Below, in pieces: positions 1-10,286 of a DNA stretch of 36,505 bases. Positions within the stretch are counted from its first letter, which is position 1, and every line of letters starts with the position of its first letter. A program made the translations under genes and the position numbers. This DNA comes from Candidatus Limnocylindria bacterium. Lineage in GTDB: Bacteria; Bacillota; Clostridia; Christensenellales; Aristaeellaceae. Below the pieces are notes generated by a model. That model had not been told where the DNA came from and searched no databases. It was given only the letters and a program-made list of their open reading frames with translations. The DNA lies in the NCBI GenBank assembly GCA_035463055.1, contig DATHTQ010000272.1, positions 1 to 36,505 on the forward strand, read 5' to 3'.

Positions 1-1221
1 TTCCGCGAGGACGGCCGGATGTTCTACATCCTGACCAACTCGCGCGCGATGGACGCCGCCGCAACCCGGGAGGCGCACGCGGACATCGCCCACAACGTGC
101 TTAAGGCAGCGCGCGAAACCGGCAAGGCGTTCACGCTTGTCAGCCGCAGCGACTCCACATTGCGCGGCCACTTCCCGCTGGAGACCCATACGCTGCGCGA
201 GACCCTCGAGGCCGCGGGCGAAGCCCCGTTCGACGGGGAAATCATTTGCCCGTTCTTCCCCGAAGGCGGGCGCTTCACCATGGGCGACGTGCACTACGTG
301 CGCGAGGGTGACCGCCTCGTCCCCGCGGGGATGACGGAGTTCGCGCGCGACCGCACCTTCGGCTACGCGTCCTCCCACCTGGGGGCGTGGGTGGAGGAGA
401 AGACCGGCGGCCTGTTCACGCGGGAGAACACCATATACATATCCCTGGAGACCCTGCGGGAGGGCGGCCCGGACGCGGTGGCGGCGCAGCTCGGACAGGT
501 ATCCGGGTTCCGCAAGGCCGTCGTGAACGCGGTGACCTACGGCGACCTGCGGGCGTTCGCCGCGGGATGCCTGCTCGCCATGGCGCGGGGGAAGCGGTTC
601 CTGTTCCGCACCGCCGCCGCGCTGCCCAAGGTGCTGGGCGGCGTGCCGGACCGCCCGCTGCTGGGCCGGGGCGATTTCGGGGGGCGGGGCGAGGGCGGCG
701 GGCTCGTGGTCGTCGGCTCCCACGTGGGCAGGACCACGCGGCAGGTGGAATGCCTGCTGGGCCGCCGCCCGGAGCTGCGGGCCGTCGAGTTCCGCGTCGC
801 GCGCGCGCTGGACCCCGGGGAACTGGAGGACGAAATCGTGCGGGTCGCGACGCTGGCCGGGGAGGCGCTGAAGGCGGGCGGCGCGCTGCTGTACACCAGC
901 CGGGAATACCTGGACGTGCCCGGCGGCCCGGAGGAGAAGCTGCGCTTCTCGGCGCGGGTGTCCCGGGCGGTGACGGAGGCCGTCGCGCGCCTCGCCGTGC
1001 GGCCCGCCTTCATCATCGCCAAGGGCGGCATCACCTCCAGCGACGTCGGCGTGCACGCGCTGCGGGTGCGCAAGGCGCTGGTCCTGGGCCAGGTCCACCC
1101 CGGCGTGCCGGTGTGGCGCACGGGCGTGGAAAGCCGGTTCCCGGGCATGCCCTACGTGATCTTCCCCGGCAACGTCGGGCAGGACGACACGCTGGCCGAG
1201 GTGTACGCGAAACTGGCCTGA
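1..1221 (+). CDS. four-carbon acid-sugar kinase family protein (DUF1537, YgbK/OtnK-like), 5'-truncated at window edge
   Basis: Frame 1 is open from nt 1 (FREDGR precedes the first Met at 19). Motifs ILTNSR, SRSDSTLRGHFPLE, FFPEGGRFT, IAKGGITSSDV and FPGNVG fit the DUF1537 kinase family. Stop at 1219-1221. Confidence 0.8.
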   Translation, partial: FREDGRMFYILTNSRAMDAAATREAHADIAHNVLKAARETGKAFTLVSRSDSTLRGHFPLETHTLRETLEAAGEAPFDGEIICPFFPEGGRFTMGDVHYVREGDRLVPAGMTEFARDRTFGYASSHLGAWVEEKTGGLFTRENTIYISLETLREGGPDAVAAQLGQVSGFRKAVVNAVTYGDLRAFAAGCLLAMARGKRFLFRTAAALPKVLGGVPDRPLLGRGDFGGRGEGGGLVVVGSHVGRTTRQVECLLGRRPELRAVEFRVARALDPGELEDEIVRVATLAGEALKAGGALLYTSREYLDVPGGPEEKLRFSARVSRAVTEAVARLAVRPAFIIAKGGITSSDVGVHALRVRKALVLGQVHPGVPVWRTGVESRFPGMPYVIFPGNVGQDDTLAEVYAKLA

Positions 1222-1312
1222 CCGCCGCCCGGCCCTCATGCCGGCGCCTGCGCGGCGGGGCATGCCGCGCGGGTACACTCCCCTCATCGAAAAGGATTGG
1301 GGACACGGGAAT

Positions 1313-2908
1313 ATGAGCGAGTTCACGGACGTGGAGCTGCTCCACCAGGAGGCCGCGGACGTCCTCCCGCCCGAGGCAGTGGAGGAAATCTACGGGAAAG
1401 CGGCGGAGGAGGCGGCGGTGCCGCTGCACAACCCGCTCGTGGAGGGGGACGGCAAGGCACCGCCCAACCTCGTGATGTTCCAGGCGTTCGAGTGGCATCT
1501 GCCCAACGACGGTGGCCACTGGGACCGGATCGCCGAACTGGCGCCGCACCTGAAGCACCTGGGCGTGGGCGGCGTGTGGCTGCCGCCCTGCTGCAAGGCG
1601 CGGGATACGGGCGATGCCGGCTACGGGATATACGACCTGTGGGACGCGGGCGAGTTCGACCAGAAGGGCGCGGTGCGCACCAAGTACGGCACGCGCGCGC
1701 AGCTGGAGGTGACCATCCACGCGCTGCACGAGCAGGGCATCCAGGCCTACGCCGACATGGTGCTCAACCACAAGGCCGGGGCGGACGAGGCGGAAGTGTT
1801 CCAGGCCGTGAAGGTCAACCCGGAGAACCGGCTGGAGGACATATCGGAGCCGCACGACATCCGGGGCTGGACGCGCTTCACGTTCCCGGGGCGGCAGGGG
1901 CAGTACAGCGGGTTCGCCTGGAACTTCCAGCACTTCACCGGGGTGGACCACGACGACCTGAGCGGCGAGGACGGCGTGTTCCTCATCGTCGGGCAGGACA
2001 AGGGCTTCTCCCCCAGGGTGCACGACGAAAAAGGGAATTTCGACTACCTGATGTACGCGGACGTGGACTACCGCAACAAGGACGTCATCGCGGAGACCGT
2101 CGCCTGGGGCGAGTGGTTCCTCAAGACGCTGGGGTTCGACGGTATGCGGCTGGACGCGGTCAAGCACATCAGCTCCGCGTTCGTCTCCATGTTCGTGCGG
2201 GAAATGCGCCTGCGCACCGGGAAGCCGCTGTACGCCGTGGCGGAGTACTGGCTCGGGGATGATGAGAGGCTGCTGGAGTACATCGGGGAGACCCGCGACC
2301 AGATGGCGCTGTTCGACGTGGGGCTGCACTTCAACTTCGCCGATGCCGCCGCGAAGGGCCGTGAGTACGACCTGCGGACGGTGTTCGACGGCTCCCTGCT
2401 GTCCAGGAACGCCTATAACGTCGCCACGTTCGTGGACAACCACGACTCCCAGCCCGGCCAGTCGCTGGAAAGCTGGGTGGACGCCTGGTTCAAGCCGCTG
2501 GCCTACGCGCTCATCCTGCTGCGAAGGGACGGCTACCCCTGCCTGTTCTGGGGCGACTATTTCGGCGTCGGGGGGCCGTGGCCGCAGCCCGCGCTGCAGG
2601 GCGCGCTGGACCCGCTGCTGCTGGCGCGCAAGGAGGCAGCCTACGGCGAGCAGGTGGATTATTTCGACCACCCGAACTGCGTCGGCTGGGTGCGCCTGGG
2701 CGACGCCGGGTATCCCGGCAGCGGGCTTGTCGTGCTGATGAGCAACGGGGACGACGGCCGCAAGCGCATGGGCATGGGCGAGCTCAACGGCGGCACCGCA
2801 TGGCGCGACGTGACGGGGAACATCCAGGACGCGGTTACGCTGGACGAGAAAGGCGAGGCGGAGTTCATGTGCCGGGGCGGGAGCGTGTCGGTGTACCGGC
2901 GCGCATAG
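1313..2908 (+). CDS. alpha-amylase, GH13 (Bacillus licheniformis-type), no signal peptide
   Basis: GH13 conserved regions are visible: MFQAFEWHLPNDGGHW, DMVLNHKAG, GFDGMRLDAVKHI, AEYW, FVDNHDSQPGQ. The ORF opens at 1238; ATG 1313 (MSEFTDV) is chosen as start but is uncertain. The N-terminus is acidic, not hydrophobic. Confidence 0.85.
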   Translation: MSEFTDVELLHQEAADVLPPEAVEEIYGKAAEEAAVPLHNPLVEGDGKAPPNLVMFQAFEWHLPNDGGHWDRIAELAPHLKHLGVGGVWLPPCCKARDTGDAGYGIYDLWDAGEFDQKGAVRTKYGTRAQLEVTIHALHEQGIQAYADMVLNHKAGADEAEVFQAVKVNPENRLEDISEPHDIRGWTRFTFPGRQGQYSGFAWNFQHFTGVDHDDLSGEDGVFLIVGQDKGFSPRVHDEKGNFDYLMYADVDYRNKDVIAETVAWGEWFLKTLGFDGMRLDAVKHISSAFVSMFVREMRLRTGKPLYAVAEYWLGDDERLLEYIGETRDQMALFDVGLHFNFADAAAKGREYDLRTVFDGSLLSRNAYNVATFVDNHDSQPGQSLESWVDAWFKPLAYALILLRRDGYPCLFWGDYFGVGGPWPQPALQGALDPLLLARKEAAYGEQVDYFDHPNCVGWVRLGDAGYPGSGLVVLMSNGDDGRKRMGMGELNGGTAWRDVTGNIQDAVTLDEKGEAEFMCRGGSVSVYRRA

Positions 2909-3028
2909 GGACGCGCGAAAATCAGTCAGGGTATTCAAGACAAAGGGAAACGGCGCCTCGTTGGGATGCATCCTACGGGACGTCGTTTTTGTTATATTGC
3001 TTTGACCAAGGCCGCAGATGGAAGCCCG

Positions 3029-4158
<1,130 letters not shown>

Positions 4159-4159
<1 letters not shown>

Positions 4160-5361
4160 CAGTCCACCAGCTTGGGGTCGAAGTCCTCCTGCCAGGGCAG
4201 GCCCCATTTGTTCAGCGCGTCCATGAACGGGTCGGGGTCGAACTCCTCGACGTTCCACACGCCGGGCTTGTTCCACACGCCCGTCATGACCAGCATGGCC
4301 CCGATCATCGCGGGCACGCCGGTCGTGTAGGAGATGGCCTGGCTGCCCACCTCGCGGTAGGCCTCCTGGTGGTCGCAGATGTTGTAGACGTAGTAGGCCT
4401 TCTTCTTGCCGTCCTTGACGCCCTGGATGATGCACCCGATGTTGGTCTTGCCCACCGTGCGCGGGCCCAGGCTGGCCGGGTCGGGCAGCACCGCCTTGAG
4501 GAACTTGAGCGGCGCGATCTGCATGCCCTCGAAGTCGATGGGCTCGATGGAGGTCATGCCCACGTTCTCCAGGCACCTGAGGTGCGTGATGTAGCTCTGC
4601 CCGAACGTCATGAAGAACCGGATGCGGCGCACGCCCGGGATGTTGCGCGCGAGGCTCTCGATTTCCTCGTGGTGCAGCAGGTACATGTCTTTCTTGCCGA
4701 CGCCCTCGAAGTCGTACTCGCGCTTGATCTCCAGCGGCTCGGTCTCCACCCACTTCCCGTCCTCCCAGTAGCTGCCGGGGGCGGTCACCTCGCGGATGTT
4801 GATCTCGGGGTTGAAGTTGGTCGCGAACGGGTAGCCGTGGTCGCCGCCGTTGCAGTCCAGGATGTCGATCTCCAGGATCTGGTCGAAGTGGTGCTTGAGC
4901 GCGTAGGCGGTGAACACGCCGGTGACGCCCGGGTCGAACCCGCTGCCCAGCAGCGCGCAGATGCCCGCGTCGCGGAAGCGCTCCCGGTACGCCCACTGCC
5001 ACTTGTACTCGAACTTGGGGACGTCCAGCGGCTCGTAGTTGGCGGTGTCCACGTAGTGCGTCTTCGTGAGGAGGCACGCGTCCATGATGCTCAGGTCCTG
5101 GTAGGGCAGCGCGAGGTTGAGCACGACGTCGGGCTTAAAACTTTCAATCAGCCGGACGAGCTCCTGCACGTTGTCGGCGTCCACCTGCGCGGTGTGGATG
5201 ACGGTCTTCGTCGTCCCTTCCAGCTTTTCCTTCAGCGCGTCGCACTTGCTCTTCGTGCGGCTGGCGATCATGAGCTCCGTGAACACCTCGCTGTTCTGGC
5301 AGCACTTGTGGATGGCGACGGAGGCGACGCCGCCGCAGCCGATGACCAGGCACTTTCCCAT
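4159..5361 (-). CDS. carboxynorspermidine/carboxyspermidine dehydrogenase (saccharopine dehydrogenase family, CANSDH)
   Basis: 400 aa with an N-terminal Rossmann motif VIGCGGVASV. Overall length and sequence fit the CANSDH family, and it is coupled to nspC by an ATGA overlap. Confidence 0.8.
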
Positions 5362-6219
5362 TTACTGGCTCCTTCTCGCGATTTGCAGGATGATTTCCCG
5401 GGTGATCTTGCATGCGGCCGCCGTGGAGGCGCCGCTTTGGTCGTAATGGGGGGAGAGCTCCATGACGTCCGCGGCCACGACGTCCAATTTGTGGAGCTGC
5501 AACACGGCGTCCAGCAGCTCCCTGAACGTCACGCCGCCCGCCTCCGGCGTGCCGGTGCCGCACATCAGCGACGGGTCCAGCACGTCCAGGTCCAGGGTGA
5601 AGTAGACGGGCTTGCCGCGCATGCTTTCCACCGCCTCCGCGAAGCCCACCAGGTCGAACGCGCGGAAATGCGTGTGCGCGCGCGCGAAGGCGAACTCGTG
5701 CCGCTCCCCGCTGCGGATGCCGAACTGCCAGATCCTGCCGTCCCCCGCGAGCTTCCAGATCTCCCGCATGACGGTGGAATGGGACAGCTCCTCGCCGATG
5801 TATTCCTCGCGCAGGTCGGTGTGGGCGTCCAGGTGGACGACGTGCAGGTCCGGGTACCGCCGGATGGCGGCCCGCAGCGACCCCAGGGAGACCAGGTGCT
5901 CGCCGCCCAGCATCACGAACCGCTTGCCGGCGTCCAGCACGCGCGCGGCGTACTCCTCCACCATCCGGAGCGCCCGCGCCGCGCTGCCGAAGGGCAGCTC
6001 GAGGTCGCCCCCGTCGAACACCCGGACCTCGGTGAGGTCCCGGTCGCTGTAGGGCGAATAGGTCTCCAGCCCGTACGACTCCCCGCGGATGGCGGGGGGG
6101 CCGAAGCGCGCGCCGGGGCGGAAGCTGGTCGTCCCGTCAAACGGCGCGCCGAACAGCACGGCGTCCGCCTCCCCGAACCCGGCGTCACAGGCCAGGAAGG
6201 TCTGAACGTTCCTCTCCAA
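5362..6219 (-). CDS. speB: agmatinase / ureohydrolase family (agmatine or aminopropylagmatine ureohydrolase)
   Basis: Arginase-fold Mn-binding motifs GGEHLVS, HLDAHTDL and TLDLDVLDP. TTG start at 6219 lies 10 nt downstream of AAGGAG. Its stop abuts the CANSDH start with zero gap. Confidence 0.85.
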   Translation of the reverse strand: MERNVQTFLACDAGFGEADAVLFGAPFDGTTSFRPGARFGPPAIRGESYGLETYSPYSDRDLTEVRVFDGGDLELPFGSAARALRMVEEYAARVLDAGKRFVMLGGEHLVSLGSLRAAIRRYPDLHVVHLDAHTDLREEYIGEELSHSTVMREIWKLAGDGRIWQFGIRSGERHEFAFARAHTHFRAFDLVGFAEAVESMRGKPVYFTLDLDVLDPSLMCGTGTPEAGGVTFRELLDAVLQLHKLDVVAADVMELSPHYDQSGASTAAACKITREIILQIARRSQ

Positions 6220-7069
6220 TTTCCAGCAGCTCCTTTACGTAGGTGGGCAGGCAGAACGCGCCGCCGTGCAGGGCGGGATTGTAGTAGCGGGTCTTTATGC
6301 CCAGCGCCTCCCACGCCGCGGCCTTGTGGTCGCGCAGCGGGTGCAGGCCCCGGGACGCGAACCCGAACAGCCAGTGGCCGGAGGGGTAGGTCGGGATGTG
6401 CGCCTGGTAGACGTGGCTTTCCGGGAAGATCTGCGCGATGGCGCGGTGCGCCGACTGCATGGACACCGCGTCCTCGGGATAGAAGGGGCTCTCGTTCTGG
6501 TTGATGAGGATGCCGTCCTCCTTCAGCGCAGTGAGGCAATTGCCGTAGAACTCGCGCGTGAACAGGACCTCCCCCGGGCCGAACGGGTCCGTGGAGTCCA
6601 CGATGATGAGGTCGTAGGCGCTGCGCTTATGCCGGACGAACTTGATGCCGTCCTGGAAGTGCAGCGTCACCCGCGGGTCCGAAAGGCCCTTCGCGGTCTG
6701 GGGCAGGAACTCCCGGCACACCTCGACCACGCGCGGGTCGATCTCCGCCACGTCCATGGACTCGATGCCGGGGTACTTCGACAATTCGCGCAGCACGCCC
6801 CCGTCCCCCGCGCCGATGACCAGCACCCGCCGGATGTCCGGGTTGACCGCCATGGCGGGGTGCGTGATCATCTCGTGGTAGATGAACTCGTCCCGCTCGG
6901 TCAGCATCATCACGCCGTCCAGGGTCAGGAAGCGCCCGAAGCCCTCGGACTCATAGACCGCGATGTGCTGGAAGTCGCTCCGCTCCCGGTGCAGCTGCCC
7001 CTTCACCTGGATGGAGAAGCGCGCCGTGGGCACGTGGTATTCGCTGTACCAAAGGTCGTCCAAGCTCAC
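6185..7069 (-). CDS. speE: spermidine synthase family aminopropyltransferase
   Basis: C-terminal 294 aa of track ORF 6185..8380: LWYSEYH, FLTLDGVMMLTERDEFIYHEM, VLVIGAGDGG, IIVDSTDPFGPG. GTG start (7069-7067) overlaps the speA TGA (GTGA). The 3' end overlaps the speB start by 35 nt. Confidence 0.85.
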   Translation of the reverse strand: MSLDDLWYSEYHVPTARFSIQVKGQLHRERSDFQHIAVYESEGFGRFLTLDGVMMLTERDEFIYHEMITHPAMAVNPDIRRVLVIGAGDGGVLRELSKYPGIESMDVAEIDPRVVEVCREFLPQTAKGLSDPRVTLHFQDGIKFVRHKRSAYDLIIVDSTDPFGPGEVLFTREFYGNCLTALKEDGILINQNESPFYPEDAVSMQSAHRAIAQIFPESHVYQAHIPTYPSGHWLFGFASRGLHPLRDHKAAAWEALGIKTRYYNPALHGGAFCLPTYVKELLEIGEERSDLPGL

Positions 7070-8514
7070 ACCCCTTTCAGCACGTTGAGCCGGCTCACGT
7101 CCAGGCTCTCGGGCCCGGTCACCGTGCAGCCCTTGTCCTTGGCGTAGCGGATGTAGGCGATGAGCTCCTGCGTGACCCGCTCGCCAGGCGCCAGGATCGG
7201 GATGCCGGGCGGGTAGCTCATCACGAACTCCGCGCTCACCCGCCCCGCGCACGCGCCCAGCGGCAGGCTCTCCTGCGCGCCGTAGAACGCCTCCTGGGGC
7301 GACATGGCGACGACGGGGCTGATGTACTCGCTCTCCAGCATGTCCTTGTCGTCCTTCTTGTGGATGCGCCGGATCTCGCTCATCGCGCTGAGCAGCCGCT
7401 CGATGCCCTTGTTCTTGTCGCCCACCGACAGGTAGACCAGGATGTTGCCCAGGTCCCCGAACTCGATCTGGATGCCGTACTCGTCGCGCAGCAGGTCGTA
7501 CACCTCGATGCCCGCCAGGCCCAGCTTCAGCGTGTTGACCGACAGCTTGGTCTCGTCGAAGTCGAACACGGTGTCCCCGTTGACCAATTCGCCCGCGTAG
7601 GCGTAGTAGTCGCCCATCGCGTTGATCTCGCCCCGCGCGTACTCCGCGTGGCGCTTGACCTTCTCGAACACCTCCTCCCCGCGCAGCGCGAGGTTGCGCC
7701 GGGAGATGTCCAGGCTGGAGAGCAGCAGGTAGGACCCGCTGGTGGTCTGCGTGAGGTTGATGACCTTGCGCACGTAGTCCGCGTTGACGGACGGGCCCAG
7801 CAGCAGCAGCGAGCTCTGCGTGAGCGACCCGCCGGACTTGTGCATGCTGACGGCCGCCATGTCCGCCCCCGCCGACATCGCGTCCACGGGCAGCCCCTTG
7901 CCGAAATAGAAGTGCGTGCCGTGCGCCTCGTCCGCCAGCACGCGCATGCCCGCGCCGTGCGCGGCTTCCACGATCCCCCGCATGTCCGAGCAGATGCCGT
8001 AGTACGTCGGGTTGTTGAGCAGGATGGCCTTCGCCCCGGGGCGGGCGGCGATGGCCGCCCTCACGTCCTGAAGCGACATGCCCAGCGAGATGCCCAGGCG
8101 CCGGTCGGTCCTGGGGTTGACGTACACCGGCACCGCGCCGCACAGGACCAGCGAGTGGATGACGCTCTGGTGCACGTTGCGCGGCAGGATGACCTCCTCC
8201 CCGCGCTTGACGCTGGAGAGGACCATCGCCTGCACCGCCGACGTGGTGCCCCCGACCATGAAGAACGCGTGCGCGGCGCGGAACGCCTCGGCGGCCAGCT
8301 GCTCGGCCTCCCGGATGACGCCCACCGGGTGGCTGAGGTTGTCCAGCGGCTTCATCGAGTTGACGTCCACGCTGAGGCACTGCTCGCCCAGGAACTCGGT
8401 CAGCTCCGGGTTCCCCCGGCCCCGCTTGTGGCCCGGCACGTCAAACGGGACCAGGCGGCTTTTTCGCATCCGCTCCAGTCCCTCGAGGATGGGCACGCGC
8501 CGCTGGTCCATCAT
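7066..8514 (-). CDS. speA: Orn/Lys/Arg decarboxylase family, Bacillus SpeA-type arginine decarboxylase
   Basis: 482 aa that reads along its whole length like my recollection of B. subtilis SpeA: [19 protein letters not shown]-lysine motif [21 protein letters not shown] overlaps the speD stop (ATGA). Confidence 0.85.
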   Translation of the reverse strand: MMDQRRVPILEGLERMRKSRLVPFDVPGHKRGRGNPELTEFLGEQCLSVDVNSMKPLDNLSHPVGVIREAEQLAAEAFRAAHAFFMVGGTTSAVQAMVLSSVKRGEEVILPRNVHQSVIHSLVLCGAVPVYVNPRTDRRLGISLGMSLQDVRAAIAARPGAKAILLNNPTYYGICSDMRGIVEAAHGAGMRVLADEAHGTHFYFGKGLPVDAMSAGADMAAVSMHKSGGSLTQSSLLLLGPSVNADYVRKVINLTQTTSGSYLLLSSLDISRRNLALRGEEVFEKVKRHAEYARGEINAMGDYYAYAGELVNGDTVFDFDETKLSVNTLKLGLAGIEVYDLLRDEYGIQIEFGDLGNILVYLSVGDKNKGIERLLSAMSEIRRIHKKDDKDMLESEYISPVVAMSPQEAFYGAQESLPLGACAGRVSAEFVMSYPPGIPILAPGERVTQELIAYIRYAKDKGCTVTGPESLDVSRLNVLKGV

Positions 8515-9287
8515 CCCTGGGCCCGGTGATAGAGGTTGCGGCCGCTGAATATCTCGATCATCTCCCCGCGCAGCGCCCTGGTGATGTCCAGGCGCACCTG
8601 GGGGGGCAGTTCGTACACGTCGGCGTTGAACAGGTAATCCTGCAGGCGCAGGTCCTTGATGAGCATCGTGGTGTGGAAGATGTTGGCCTGGTAGACGTTG
8701 ATGTCCACCGCGTCGTAGCGGCGCAGGGTGTCGGGGTTGATGAAGTCCTGGATGGACGCGATGTCGTGGTCGATGAACAGCTTCTCCCCGCTGACGCTGC
8801 GCGTGAACCCGCGGACCCGGAAATCGATCGCGATGATGTCGGAGTCGAAGCTGGCGATGAGGAAGTCCAGCGTGGACAGCGGGGATATCTCCCCGCAGGT
8901 GGACACGTCGATGTCCACCCGGAACGTCGCGATGGCGGTGTCGGGGTGGTATTCGGGGTAGGTATGCACGGTCACGTGGCTCTTGTCCAGGTGGGCGACC
9001 ACGGTCTCCCCGCTGCGGTGGCGGGCCATGCTCTCCTCGGCGATGAGGAACGTGACGCTGGCGCCCTGCGGGTCATAGTCCTGGCGCGAGATGTTGAGCA
9101 CGTTCGCGCCGATCATCCCGGTCAGCTTGGTCAGTATCTCCGTCAGCCGCTCGCTGTTGTACTGCTGGTTGATATACTGGATATAGTCCTGCTGCTCGCG
9201 CACGGTCTTGGCGTAGCAGATGTCGTAGATGTTGAAGCTCAGCGACTTGGTCAGGTTGTTGAAACCGTACAGCTTCAGTTTTTCCAC
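8511..9287 (-). CDS. speD: S-adenosylmethionine decarboxylase proenzyme (E. coli SpeD type)
   Basis: 258 aa resembling recalled E. coli SpeD: [25 protein letters not shown], plus the autoprocessing site VAHLDK|[13 protein letters not shown] start at 9287 with GGAGG 7 nt upstream. Confidence 0.9.
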   Translation of the reverse strand: MEKLKLYGFNNLTKSLSFNIYDICYAKTVREQQDYIQYINQQYNSERLTEILTKLTGMIGANVLNISRQDYDPQGASVTFLIAEESMARHRSGETVVAHLDKSHVTVHTYPEYHPDTAIATFRVDIDVSTCGEISPLSTLDFLIASFDSDIIAIDFRVRGFTRSVSGEKLFIDHDIASIQDFINPDTLRRYDAVDINVYQANIFHTTMLIKDLRLQDYLFNADVYELPPQVRLDITRALRGEMIEIFSGRNLYHRAQG

Positions 9288-9420
9288 CTATCACCCTCCG
9301 TATCAAGGCGCCCCGCGCCTGACGCAATCCCGCGCGCCCACCGCGCGCCCGCATTTCCCGCGCCCCTTGTGTACGGAGCGGCGCATGTCCAACTCCACCC
9401 GGTCCCCCGGGTGTTTTCCT

Positions 9421-9449
9421 ATTGTACCCCATACGCCCCCATAATGGAA
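9421..9449 (-). promoter_or_regulatory. possible sigma70-type promoter of the polyamine operon
   Basis: Minus strand reads TTCCAT-N17-TACAAT (-10 = complement of 9421-9426). The -35 is weak. It would give a ~125-nt GC-rich hairpin-rich leader. Confidence 0.3.
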
Positions 9450-9516
9450 TACGCGCGGCGCATGTCCGCGTAGGGATAGGTTCCAGGCACTGAAGGCATA
9501 AGGGGCGCGAAATGTC

Positions 9517-9546
9517 TTTACATTTGGCAGGGACCCTCTGTAGAAT
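9517..9546 (+). promoter_or_regulatory. sigma70-type promoter upstream of eda
   Basis: TTTACA (9517-9522), 18-nt spacer, TAGAAT (9541-9546), about 75 nt upstream of the eda ATG. Confidence 0.5.
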
Positions 9547-9619
9547 ACGGGAAGAGAAATGGCCCCATGCCGGGCATACCGCCCGAAAGCGCCCCCAAAC
9601 GCAACGACAGGAGAAGCAT

Positions 9620-10282
9620 ATGCACCAGGCAGCGGAACTCGTATTGAAGGAGAAAATCGTCGTCATCATCCGCAGGGTATACGGAAGCCAGCTGGAGGAC
9701 CTCGTGGGTGCGCTGTTCGAGGGCGGGATGCGGCTGGTGGAGGTGACGTTCGACCAGGCGGACCCGGAGTGCGAGGCGCGCACCGCCGGGGCGCTGGAGG
9801 CGCTCACCCGGCTGTTCGGGGGCCGCATGGCGATCGGGGCCGGGACGGTGCTCACCCCGGAACAGGCCGACGTCGCGCACGGCGCGGGGGCGCAGTTCAT
9901 CGTATCGCCCAACGTGGACGCGGACGTGATCCTAAGGACCAAGGCCCTGGGCATGGCGTCCGTCCCCGGCGCGATGACGCCGTCGGAGATCCTCACGGCG
10001 CACAAGCTGGGCGCCGACGTCGTCAAGGTGTTCCCCGCGGGAGACCTGGGGCTCGCCTGGTTCAAAAGCATCCGGGCGCCCATCACCCACGTGCGGATGC
10101 TAGCGACCGGGGGCGTGACCGAGGACAACTTCGCCGACTACCTGGCGGCGGGGTACGCGGGGGCCGGCATCAGCGGCAGGCTGACGGAGAAGGCGCTCCT
10201 GGACCGGGGCGGCTTCGCGGAATTCACCCTGCGCGCCCGCGCTTTCCGCGACATCGCCGCGCGGCACGCGGCGAAGGGGTGA
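9620..10282 (+). CDS. eda: 2-dehydro-3-deoxyphosphogluconate (KDPG) aldolase family
   Basis: Motifs VEVTF, GAGTVL, FIVSP, PGAMTPSE, Schiff-base lysine context DVVKVFPA, ATGGV. ATG 9620 is preceded by AGGAGAA. The track ORF opens at 9512, but its N-terminal 36 aa look non-coding. Confidence 0.85.
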   Translation: MHQAAELVLKEKIVVIIRRVYGSQLEDLVGALFEGGMRLVEVTFDQADPECEARTAGALEALTRLFGGRMAIGAGTVLTPEQADVAHGAGAQFIVSPNVDADVILRTKALGMASVPGAMTPSEILTAHKLGADVVKVFPAGDLGLAWFKSIRAPITHVRMLATGGVTEDNFADYLAAGYAGAGISGRLTEKALLDRGGFAEFTLRARAFRDIAARHAAKG

Positions 10283-10286
10283 CGCC

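Noticed and set aside
1031-2971. 646-aa minus-strand ORF opposite the amylase gene
   Set aside because: A shadow ORF of a gene with unmistakable GH13 motifs. Arg/Pro/Ala-rich low-complexity translation.
2941-3000. Hairpin plus T5 run between the convergent amylase and nspC genes (possible bidirectional terminator)
   Set aside because: Only about 5 bp can pair around the ATGCAT/GGATGCATCC palindrome with an acceptable loop. Too weak to call from sequence alone.
4160-5077. N-terminal 306 codons of track ORF 3029..5077, upstream of the nspC Met
   Set aside because: This part overlaps CANSDH out of frame and is Arg/Pro/Gly-rich. The NspC homology starts at MRDALRAL (4159), which forms an ATGA junction with the CANSDH stop.
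4369-6504. 711-aa plus-strand ORF opposite CANSDH, speB and speE
   Set aside because: It crosses three real gene boundaries on the other strand. The translation is low-complexity (R/A/G/D/V) with no recognisable domain.
7070-8380. N-terminal 437 codons of track ORF 6185..8380, upstream of the speE GTG
   Set aside because: It overlaps speA out of frame and has no family resemblance. SpeE homology begins at [12 protein letters not shown].
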